A stretch of DNA of 60,622 bases, counting the filler, from Squatina squatina (taxonomy: Eukaryota): the NCBI GenBank assembly GCA_031763465.1. It is 4 parts of 4 records of this genome, joined end to end, with 100 filler letters (N's around TTAATTAATTAA, not from the genome) between each part and the next. Parts side by side here need not be neighbours in the genome. Positions count along the whole stretch, not along the records: positions 13,755 to 29,541 come from JARFOE010508817.1; positions 29,642 to 46,851 come from JARFOE010000189.1; 2 more parts are not named here. One strand, 5' to 3'. Shown in pieces: positions 23,571 to 35,145 of this stretch. The stretch's first letter is position 1. Each line of letters begins with the position of its first letter. The translations under genes and the position numbers were made by a program. The notes beneath the pieces were generated by a model. That model was not told the origin of the DNA and made no database searches. It saw nothing but the letters and a program-made list of their open reading frames with translations.

Positions 23571-26559
23571 CTGAGCTTTGCAGGAATCTGAAGGATTCTG
23601 CATTAATTCACAATTAATACAGATGCGACACAATAAATGAGCCATTTATTCAGATACATTCAAGCACGGCACTGCTGAGAAAAGATGAATTTTTGTTGTC
23701 ACAGGTCAAATCAGCTCCGCCATGAATCACAAGTGTGTTGAACCTCGAGCCCGAAGCGACTGGAGCCTAAATCCAAAATGCAAACTCATGCTTCCGGAGT
23801 TACATTTCAAAGGATTGTAGCCATTTCGCACGAGAAAAAACTCAACCCTGGAGGCTCATAAATAGAAAGCTCGCTGAGAGCCGAAGCCAGAATATCCAAG
23901 ATTATTAGGCAGTCGCTTTGACTTGCCAAGTCACACCTGCAATGTTCCGTCTGTACTCACTGATATCGAACAATTACCTGGCCCTGCCTGTTACAGACTT
24001 AGGCAGTTTTTTTTATTTGTCCATCTCTCTGGTCTATTCCGCACCGTGTCACGAAGCTGCCTGTAGCTCTTGCTGTGTTTATCTCATTGTCAATCCGTGA
24101 GTTGATTCTGAATGAATACCTTTGTTTGTTTGTTACACTATGTAAATGATGGGATAAGATAATTCATCCTCCAACACGGCAGAAGTAATGTGGCCACATT
24201 TCTAACAATACAGTGATGTAGATTTTGTGGTAGCCATTGTTCTGCATTGTTCTGTATAAGACAAAGATCTGCAAAAGCAGACGGGAAACAGACATGCTCA
24301 TAGAATGCTCCTTACTTCATTACACATGGCAACAGTATGTCTACAGGCTTGCTTTTACCAGCTTAAGAAATTGTAAATACATAAAATAAATTAAATCACT
24401 GGACCATTGGTTAAAAACATGCAGATTAAGTTAAGAAATTGTTGTACATTTTAAGATGATCGTTTAAAAAATCATTGTTTCTATTATTTTTCAAATAATA
24501 TATAATCTTATTAAATGTTGATGTTTGAATTGTTTTTAAAAATCAGTTTTTGTGACTGTGCAGTTTATTATCTCCCATTCATACTTCTACAAATCTCCGT
24601 ATATGACAGAGATCTGCAAAAACATGAACGGGAGATACTCCCACGGGATCGTTTGGGGTCTCTCACGTGACCTCACCAGTGTCTGAGATCCCTGGGCTGC
24701 TCCGACTTTGCTCTTGCGGAGAGCCATTAACACAATGCTTCGAAAGTCCAGGAACACCAGATAAATTCATACGAATCTTTCCAGTTGCGCGTATGCGTCC
24801 ACGGGAAGGATCTGACCCCAATTCCAGCGGCATTCAAGCGAAAATTGCGTTTGGGCCCTTCTCACGGGCGTATTTTTCCGAGCTGGAAAATACATGCACA
24901 GTTACCATCATTCCTCTGCTGCTGGAGAATTAAATTTTAATCGGATATGTGCGACTCTAATTGGACTTCATGATAGCAGGTTCCACTGCCGTTATTGTGA
25001 CTTTTGCTGAACAATCCCTGCCTGCAACCAGTGCAGACACAGTACTGGTCCACCTTGCAGCACATGTGCCAGCAAATGTTGCATTTCATCAGGAGCAACC
25101 CTGTGAGGAGGGAACTGCTGAACGGCAAGCCATAGACAGCGGTCCTTCATCCTAATATTGAAGGAATCCGGTCACGGGGGACGGGAAACCGCAGGAGGCA
25201 TTAGGGTCACATTTTATTAAGTAGCCACCTGCTTTGCCACTTACGCAATTATTTATTTGTCTCTTCGATTCTCTGTTGGAGTTCTGCTATTTATGAAAAG
25301 TTTTATATTTCATTTAAAATAATCGCCTGTCGTCAGTTTATTTTTAATTTCACTTTTTATTGAAAACCAAAGTAACACTGCAACTGTTAACAAAGTTGGA
25401 AACAGATAGGTTACACGTTGATTGTTCAGTCTTTATTGCACAAAGTGACTCAAAAGTAAATTTAAACTGTTGAATTTTTACTATAATTGCAATGTTTACA
25501 ACTTAGAGAATAGACAGCTAACAAATTGTACATATTGTAGAAAAGCATCAAAACAGTTAATTAAATCTTTGATGCTGCAATAAACGTTCAATGTTTCACT
25601 TTAAATTGTGCGTGCTATTTTCTGAGCATTGCTGGGTTAGTGGGAGGAAAAAGGCATCCCTATCAATACCTGGTGTACGTATTGGTTACTCGCTGTTCTG
25701 TTGCAGTTATGCTTTCAATAGCGTTTTTCTGCTCCCCATCACGTCTATCAAAGGAGAAATTGAATTCCGCAGTGCCCTCCAATCAGCAGGGAGCTCCTCA
25801 TCAGGGTTAAGCATCAAAGAATTCCGCAGGACAAATAGCACAAAGGCCATAAGAATCCTGCAAAGTCCCACCTGCCCTAACCAGGCAACATAAGCATGAC
25901 AGCCCAAGATCTAGAACTTGTGGGATACTTACGGCATGTACAAACATTGTGCCAATGCCACCACCAATTCAGCACCAGTCTCTGAGCAAGAATGTTAATA
26001 TTGCGGCTGAATTTGCCATCGGAGGCTTGCTGCGTGCGGATGCCTGTGATCGCAAGTGATGCCCACGCACATACCTGAGGGTCAGGGAGCCACATAAAGC
26101 TGCTGGCTTCTGCTTCCACAGTTGGGCCAATGCAGATGGCCAACTTTTTCTTGTGTCAGTCCTTCCAAGAGACTGGTGAGTTCACATTGGTGGCCGCAAC
26201 CAATCAGTTATGAGTGCCTCCCATTCAAGCGTTGACAGATCTGCTCCAATTATAGCAGGTTTGATAATGTATGAATGGGAGATACAAATATACAAAAGCA
26301 CATCAACAACATTTAAAAAAACGATTGTAACATTAAAATTTAATAAGAATGAGAAGAATAATACATTTCCTTGACATTTAAAACAATCTTGTAAAATGTT
26401 AAAAATATACATACGCTTGGTTTTAACATGTATAATAAAATAAAGATATTAACACGGGTAAGAATTGTGAAAATATCCCAAAACTCCGCCCTGGAAACAT
26501 GTTTTGCTGCATGAGCAGATGTTCTGTCAAGACAAATGCTGACAGTTCGCTGATTCTGG

Positions 26560-29541
26560 GTCACTGTGCATGTGCAGTGCAGCCCCAGAATCGGAAATAT
26601 TGAGGACCCCCCTGGGTGACTGGGCACATCGTGTGCACCCGGGTGGTTTGCAGTTTCAGGCTCATTATCCTGGATAACTCGTCCCTCACAGGGAGCACAG
26701 CAGAGGGGCTGTGTGAGTGAGCGCATAAATATGCAACCAGACAACTGAATCCTCTCTTCGGAGCCCAGCGTTGACAATGTGTGAGCATGTCTGTTACAGA
26801 TTCAATCGTATCACTTGCCCATCAACTGAAGCCGAGCATAGAAAGTTTGGGAGTGATGGTGCGAAAATGATCCCAGATCACCCGCCGCTCTCAGTGATCC
26901 CGGTGTGGAGAGCTTGTGATTGAGCCTGGTAATGAACTCCTGGATCACTGGCCTACACAAGGAGACTGTGCAGACAGTGCATGAGGAAATGTCTTTATAT
27001 TTAACGGGATCACCTGCACCTCACAGGGAGACATTGTACGAACCCTCACAGGGAGCCCAGCTTAGACAGTGTGTGATTGAGCATGTTAAAATTCACACAC
27101 ATCACAGCCCACTCGTGCATGAGCGAGTGCAATCATACTCACCCGGATCACTGGCTCCTCACAGCAGCATGCTGTAGATAATGTTTGAAAGAATCTTGTA
27201 ATTCTCCCAGATCACTGGCAGCTCACAGGGACCCCGATGTACGAAGATTGTGAGTAGGTGTGTTAATGTTCACCAGACTACTGGCCACTCACAGGCTGCT
27301 CAGCGTTAGCACTGTGTGATTCAGCATGTTAATATTCACCCAGATCATTGCACCCTCACAGAAAGCCCAGTGTTAACCATGTGTGATTGAGGGTTTCACT
27401 GTTCACCCGCATCACTGGCCTACACAGTGTAGAGAGTATGAGGGAGCACGTTAATATTCACTGGGATTACAGGCCACTCACAGGGTGCTCAGAGTTAACA
27501 TCGTGTAACTGAGCGTGCTGATTACTGGCCGCTCGCAGAGAGCTAAATGTCGGTCAGCTGAGAATGAGCATGTTAATATTCACCTGATCAGTGGTCCTGC
27601 GCAGGGAACACAGTGAAGGCAGTGTGTTGGAAAGCATGTGAATATTCACCCAGATCACTGGACAATCACAGGGTAAGAAGTGCGTGATTGAGAATGTTAA
27701 TATTCTTCCGGATCACTGGCCCATCACAGGGAGCCATTGTGCAAATTTTCAGAGTGAGCCTGTTGGTATTCATCTGGAAAACTGGACGCTCACAGGGAAG
27801 CCAGCATTGAGCGTGCATGTGTGAGCATTCTCCCAGATCACTTGCACCTCACAAGGAGCCTGGTGTATATAGTGTGTTATTGAGCATGTTACTGATCTCC
27901 CGGATCACTGGCATACACAAAGAGCCCAGTGCAGAGTGTGTGTGAGGGAGCGTCTTAATATTCACCCGGATCACTTGCACATCTCAAAGAGTCCAGCTTT
28001 CAGAGTATGTGAGTGACTTTGTTCACATTCACCCGGATTGCTGGCTCATCACAGGGAGCCCCGCGAAGAGGGTGTGTAAGTGAGAATGTTAAACTTCACG
28101 CTGATCACTGCACCCTTAAGCGATACCCGTTGATGAAAATGCATGAGAAACAACGATAATATTCACCAGCTAACTTGGCTCTCTTAAGGAATCGGGGGTA
28201 AAATATTTGTAAGGGACTGGGTTAAATTTCATCCAGACTGTTGGCCCCTCACAGGGATCTCGGTGTAGCAACTGTGTGGGCCAGTGTGTTAATATTCACC
28301 GGATCACTGGAAATCAAAGGAATTGCAATATAGACAATGTGTTCGAAATGCCCTGTATCAGTGGCCACTTACATGGAGCCCGGTTTAGACTGCGTGTGAG
28401 AGACCATGTTAATGATCTCCCGGAAGATTGGCCGGTGTCAAGGTGCCCAGTGTAAACAGTGAGTAAGTGAGGGTGATAACGCTCTCCAAGATCAGTGGTC
28501 TCTCAAAGGAAGCCCAGTGCAGAAAGAGCTTGACAGATCATGTTACTGTTAGACAGACCACTGGCAACTAACAGGGTAACATTGTGCACTGCGTGTGTGT
28601 GAGCATGTTACTGTTCACCCAGATCACTGATCCATCACAGGGAACCCAATGTAGATATTCGGTGTGTGAGCAAGTTAATATTCATCCAGATCACCAGCAC
28701 CTCACAGGGAACCCAATGTAGACATTGTGAAAGTGAACATGTTAATATTCATCCAGATCACTGACCCATCACAGGGAACGAAATGCAGACATTTTGTGAG
28801 TGAGCATGGTAATAATCATCCAGATCACTGGCCCCTCACAGCGAACTCCACGTACACATTGTGCGAGTGAGCATGTCAATATACATTCAGATCACTGGCA
28901 CCCCACAGCGAACTCAAAGTAGACATTGTGAGAGCGAGCATGGTAATATGCAACCAGATCTCTTGTCCCTCACAGGGAACCCAATGATGACATTGTGAGA
29001 GTGAGCTTGTTGATATTCAGACAGTTCACTGCCCTCTCACAGCGAACCCAATGTAGAACTTGTGAGAGGGAGCACGGCAATATTCATCCCGATCACGGTT
29101 CCGTCACAAGGAGCCCAATGTGGACATTGTGAGAGTCAACATGTTAATATTCATCTGGATCACTGACCTCTCACAGGGAATCCAATCCAGACACTGTGAG
29201 AGTGAGCATGTTAATATTCATCCAGGTTACTGACTCATCACAGGGAACCCAATGCAGACATTGTGTGAGTGAGAATGCTAATATTCGTCCATATCTCTGG
29301 ACCCTCACAGGGAAACCAGCGTCGATATTGTGAGAGTGAGCAAGTTAATATCCATCCAGATCACTGATCCATCACAGAGAAACCAATAGTAACCTTGTGA
29401 GAGTGAGCATGGTATTATTCATCCAGATCTCTGCCCCATCACAGGGAACCCAATGTAGATATTGTGTGAGTGAGCATGTTAATATTCAGACAGATCACTG
29501 GCCCATCACGGCGAACCAAATGTAGACATTGTGTGAGTGAG
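26560..29541. repeat. Tandem array of a 67-bp unit (roughly 44 copies; runs into the scaffold end)
   Basis: Consensus approx. CAGATCACTGGCCCCTCACAGGGAACCCAATGTAGACATTGTGAGAGTGAGCATGTTAATATTCATC. CAGATC recurs at 28620, 28687, 28754, 28821, 28888 and 28955. Confidence 0.93.
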
Positions 29542-29641
29542 NNNNNNNNNNNNNNNNNNNNNNNNNNNNNNNNNNNNNNNNNNNNTTAATTAATTAANNN
29601 NNNNNNNNNNNNNNNNNNNNNNNNNNNNNNNNNNNNNNNNN
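29542..29641. other. Artificial scaffold-join linker
   Basis: 44 N + TTAATTAATTAA + 44 N. Confidence 0.95.
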
Positions 29642-29659
29642 TTAAGTTTTGGATACATC

Positions 29660-32600
29660 TTGCATTTTAATTCACACATTTTTTTGAGTTAATATGGGTT
29701 GCGGTCTAAAACTCAGGCAATTTTATCAACAATGCAGTTATTTAGATGGTTGTTACTTATTTCCGTTTGATAACATTGAGCCCGAGGGCAGAAAGGTCAT
29801 GCTTTACAAAGCAGTTCCCATTTCTTACAATGCACGTATGCTTATCGAGAGGAGCCTTGAGCACCGTTCTTTTCAGCAAAAAAAATCAATTTGCACTTAC
29901 AGCAGTTCAGTCTAACATATAAAAGAGTTTCACAGAGTCCACAGTACAATGACTGAACTCTGTGTAGGACGTGTGTGCCAGACTGGACAAGTAGTACAAG
30001 GAAAGTTAACTGACAGGCAATGATCGATTGGTGTTTTCAGGTTGACAAATTCCAGCAGTACAAGACATCTGCCAAGCATGTGACCTGATAAAGAGCAGCA
30101 CCAAGGCTCAAATCCAAGTATTCATTTCAGTATAAACCGGGAAGCATTCGCGTGCAAGTAAAAAAAAGTGAGGAGCAGGAAAAAGGGGGCAGTGAGACAA
30201 TTTTATACATACTCAATAAAGGTTCACTTTTTTTTTTAAATGATTGTATTTTCATGGCCTTCAAAACATATGGAAAATGACTACAGTACCTTTGTGGCTA
30301 TCATTTTGCCTAGAGCGCTTAGTAACATTAATGTAGCTTCAATCAGTGAAATTACCATATTGAGTGATTAAGCAACAAATATAGAGGTCTCTTAATGGGA
30401 ACACCCGCATGGAGAGCAAAATGTTTCCATTATCCAACTACTACTAAACAAATATAAAAATCTTGAGTGGCAATCAAGTGCGTCGTGGTAGTATCAAAAA
30501 CTAGTCATTAATTGATCTTTAACAGCAGGTTTATAGGATGTGAAGAGAATGTAGAACTATTTCACTGCATTTGTTAGAATTGCATTTACTCAACACAATC
30601 AACTCCCATCGCAAAGAGACCTAAGCACTTGGTCAAGCACATTTACCTACTACTTCTGTTTATCTCTTGTGATTCAATCATGGAACAGTTGCATCTTTGC
30701 AACAGCAGGCCAAAACATTCATACAAACCATCAGTTTTACCATTAAAATAGATTAGGAGTAAAACCAGCCCTCAAGTAAATATTCCCTCTCAATTAACAA
30801 ATAGTTTCACTGTTTGGGGTGTACTGTACCAGGTTTAAAAAATTAAGTAAAAATTATGCTCAAACAACAACATATAGCAACAGTGTTTCAAAGAAAGAGG
30901 GAGGGACACTTCAAAATGTTAAAGGAAAAAAATATTCTACAAGGTAGATTAAAGTTTTGGAATATGTACTATATTTAACACGATTTAGTTCATGTCCACA
31001 ACGATGCAAGTTCATATCACCTCAAAACCAGCGATTTTATCAACAACTGAAACATGCAACTTAAAACTTTGGACATTATTACTTCAACACCAACAAGTTC
31101 TATGAGAAGTTAGTGTAAACTATAATTAATGCTTTAACCAATTCACACAGGAATGCTCAAGATTTGCTGCAAAATGTCCCATCACACACTTAACATGTTT
31201 GCGTAGTTGTTATTTAAATGCCAGTCAATACCAAATATGTATTTAAGTGAAATACAACCGTAACATAAAAACATTCTGTAGGTGAATTATATGGGGGAAA
31301 TCACAGGGAGCATTTATCAAAAAATAAATGAAATTTCAGCCTTAAAATGCTCATTTTATTTGTTCTGGTGGTATGTTCAGAACATCTGGCACTAATTTTG
31401 TTCATAGCAGGAAAAAGACAGCCCCACAGCAGTGGAACACATATACAAATAAAAACCTCAACTTATATACATAATTTTAAAAAAAACATCAGATTTGTTT
31501 TTAAATCCAACGAGAATGCATAATATCAGACCCAAATCGCCATTTGGGTACGTTCTAAAATATCACTGAATGGAAGGCTTTTGTTACACTACCCCACGGA
31601 GCACGAAGACATGCCAAAACCTCAAAAGTGAGGTTTCCCTGTAAACTCAAAAAGACTGTTCAGAAAGGCTCTGTATATTCCTTTTTCAAATTAAATAAAA
31701 TCTTTTCTCTCACAAAAATCTAAATGAAAATGAGTACATTCGATAACACTAACTTGCTGTCTAGGATTCTACAAATATCTATTCTGTCTCAGGAGCTCCA
31801 TGCATCTAATAATTTATTTAAACTTTTTTTTTTTATACACTTCAAATGAGTAAACCTTCAGTACATCAAATTATTATGTGCAATCTTGAAAGTATTAACA
31901 GACACTGTACAAGTTTTAAAGGGAAAGAATACAGGGCAGGGAGCAAGGACACTATAGTGTGTTAGCAATATTTCTTTCACATTTAAAATGCAAAGCGCTT
32001 TTATTTATAAAGATGAATTAAAACATTTTGTTTTTCATGATCTAACAGATGACAGTGGTAATAGAGTTAATTAATAAAAAAAAGCAACTTTTTTCTCTCT
32101 ACATCACCGCCCCCCCACCCTCACCCCCCACCCCCCGCCCCACTGAAATGACATGCAGAGATATTAAAAGGAAAAAAAAGCCCAGNNNNNNNNNNNNNNN
32201 NNNNNNNNNNNNNNNNNNNNNNNNNNNNNNNNNNNNNNNNNNNNNNNNNNNNNNNNNNNNNNNNNNNNNNNNNNNNNNNNNNNNNNNNNNNNNNNNNNNN
32301 NNNNNNNNNNNNNNNNNNNNNNNNNNNNNNNNNNNNNNNNNNNNNNNNNNNNNNNNNNNNNNNNNNNNNNNNNNNNNNNNNNNNNNNNNNNNNNNNNNNN
32401 NNNNNNNNNNNNNNNNNNNNNNNNNNNNNNNNNNNNNNNNNNNNNNNNNNNNNNNNNNNNNNNNNNNNNNNNNNNNNNNNNNNNNNNNNNNNNNNNNNNN
32501 NNNNNNNNNNNNNNNNNNNNNNNNNNNNNNNNNNNNNNNNNNNNNNNNNNNNNNNNNNNNNNNNNNNNNNNNNNNNNNNNNNNNNNNNNNNNNNNNNNNN

Positions 32601-33000
32601 NNNNNNNNNNNNNNNNNNNNNNNNNNNNNNNNNNNNNNNNNNNNNNNNNNNNNNNNNNNNNNNNNNNNNNNNNNNNNNNNNNNNNNNNNNNNNNNNNNNN
32701 NNNNNNNNNNNNNNNNNNNNNNNNNNNNNNNNNNNNNNNNNNNNNNNNNNNNNNNNNNNNNNNNNNNNNNNNNNNNNNNNNNNNNNNNNNNNTAACCTCT
32801 GCAACTTTCCCCCCCTTTCTCTCTTGCCTCGGTGCCGACTGCGCTTTGTTTCTTCCTGGTTTTTCTAGCGTTTTTTTTAAAGTACTAAAAAAAGATGTCT
32901 CAAAAGATCAAGAGCTTTCCAGTTCTGTGGCCTGGTGTTTTTGGAACCAACATCCTCATTCAAGTTTGCTGTTAGTAGCATCTTTAGTCCCGGTGCAGTC
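29660..33000 (-). other. Probable long terminal exon / 3'UTR of an unidentified minus-strand gene
   Basis: No recognisable TEs, AU-rich, several minus-strand AATAAA/ATTAAA (about 32000, 31813, 31355, 29666), and a candidate acceptor aaatacag at 33001. Confidence 0.45.
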
Positions 33001-34329
33001 CTGTATTTGCCGTACAGCAGGCACCAAAATTTAGGGCACACTCAAACGATAACATAGATCACTGCACCAAAATGCTCACTTAGAAATGAGTAAGACCGCA
33101 CACACGGGTATAAACCCATGCAAACTATTTATTTTCTTTTCAAAGCCTACAACTCTCCTAGGATTACCAAAATGACAATGCTGCAACTCTATATGGAAAG
33201 GTATCAATAAGTGCAGGAGAGAAGAGACAAGCGTTGGTTAAGGGAGCATGATCAACAAACTGTAGCATGCAGTCACATCTGTGGGAATGTCAAATCCCTC
33301 ACGCTGAACTTCTGGGGGTAGAGCTGCGAGAAAGCTCTTATTTTTTGACACAGTGACATTTATATATCATACATACACACACTCACATACATATAAATAT
33401 AAATATATAAAAAGACACCTGTGAGGTCCTGCCATCAGTCCCAGCAGGTTTTTTTTATATTATAATAGTAAATAGGGGGGNNNNNNNNNNNNNNNNNNNN
33501 NNNNNNNNNNNNNNNNNNNNNNNNNNNNNNNNNNNNNNNNNNNNNNNNNNNNNNNNNNNNNNNNNNNNNNNNNNNNNNNNAACCTGCAAGTTTTGCGCGG
33601 GCCGCTCAATGCAGTTATAATGGGAAAAAACGTGCAAGTTCGGTAATTTAAGTGGGCAAAAGAAAATTAGTGGGAATATTGCCTCCGAACTGGCCTAGCA
33701 AGCGACTCAGTTGTATCAAACAAGGGCAACTAGAGAGGAGCATTAAATGCTGACGAAACCCACACCCAGAGAGTGAATAAAAACAATCCATTAAGTAAAT
33801 AGGGGGGAAAAAAGGCAAAGCACTAGACCTCACTGCAGCTTCTACTGGCTGACCTCGGCTACACACAATACACAAGAGCAGCTTTTGTATTGCAAGGATT
33901 CTCTTTCTGAGTTGCTCTTTGCATACTGCTTCCCGTCGCTAATTGCATCCCCAAACAAAACCCTCTCCATCTCCAAATTGGGGGCAGCTCATATGTTCCA
34001 ATAAATGCTTTTCACAATAGAGGCAAAAGTAATGAAATGTTCCCATTAACCCTCACCACCCCACCCCCTCCCGAGTATAGGTGGCATACAGCCCACGATC
34101 CCCCACCCGCCCCCCCCAACCCCGCCCCGCAAAGAAAAACACACAGGCAACTTTTTAGAAACAAACTTAACACGCACAGCTTTAAACTCGTTTAGTCGGT
34201 TCTGCAGAACACTTATCGCACTTTTTCCTCTTGTCTATCAGTACTGCGCAAGAAAAGTGACAAGACACGAGAACAGGGGTAACAAAACAGTGTGCAGTTT
34301 TTCCCTCTTTATTTAGTGCCCTGCACTAA

Positions 34330-35145
34330 TCTGGCCTTCGCGTGCAAAGTGTCGGCCAGAAATCTTTAAGGCCTTAATACCAAAACAAAACCTTTGAATT
34401 CCCTTTATATGGTGCAATACAGGCGCTAACAAAGGCAATGAGGCTACAGTTTGACATGTAAAAAGCCCAACAACGAAGGACTCGCTATTGGATCGAGTAA
34501 TGGGGAGTGAACCAGACCCAGAAAGAAGTAAAAGCAAGGGATCATCTAAATCTAGGCAATATTGACTATAATATAATCGGCTTTAAGATAATATTTGAGG
34601 ACAGAAGTATGACGAAGCCCAAGGTAATAGATTGGAGAAAAGCTGATTTTGAGGAGCTGCGAATAGAACTTGGGAAAATAAAATGGGCAACAATATTGGC
34701 AAACAGTGACGTAGAACAGCAATGGATTAAAACGATATTCAACAGAGTCTGGAAAAATATATTCTGCTAAAAAAAAACAAGCTAAACATTAATGAGACAC
34801 CATGGATGAATAAAGCCATAGTCCTGGGGAGGACTGCAACAAATTATAGGAAGACACTGATAAACTTGCAGAATGGGCATATAATTGGCAAATGAAATTC
34901 AACATTGATAAATGTGAGGTACTATATTTTGGTAGGAACATAGGGAGGTCACTTATTACTTGGAGGGTGCGAGTCCAAGTTGGGTAGAGGAACACAGGGA
35001 TCTCGGAGCACAAATCACTAAAGGTTGTGACACAGATTAACGAGGCCATTTAAAAAAAAAAGCAAATCAAGTATTAGGGTTTATTTCTAGAGGGATAGAA
35101 TTGAAAAGTAATGAAGTTACGCTAAACTTGTATCAAACCTTGGTT
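34330..35145 (+). mobile_element. CR1 LINE ORF2 fragments (internally deleted)
   Basis: Peptides LGNIDYNIIGFKI...DWRKADFEELRIELGKIKW and LAEWAYNWQMKFNIDKCEV; LNLYQTLV. Confidence 0.8.

Noticed and set aside
26560-29541. CRISPR-like array
   Set aside because: Whole units repeat with no unique spacers, there are no cas genes, and the context is vertebrate. It is a satellite.
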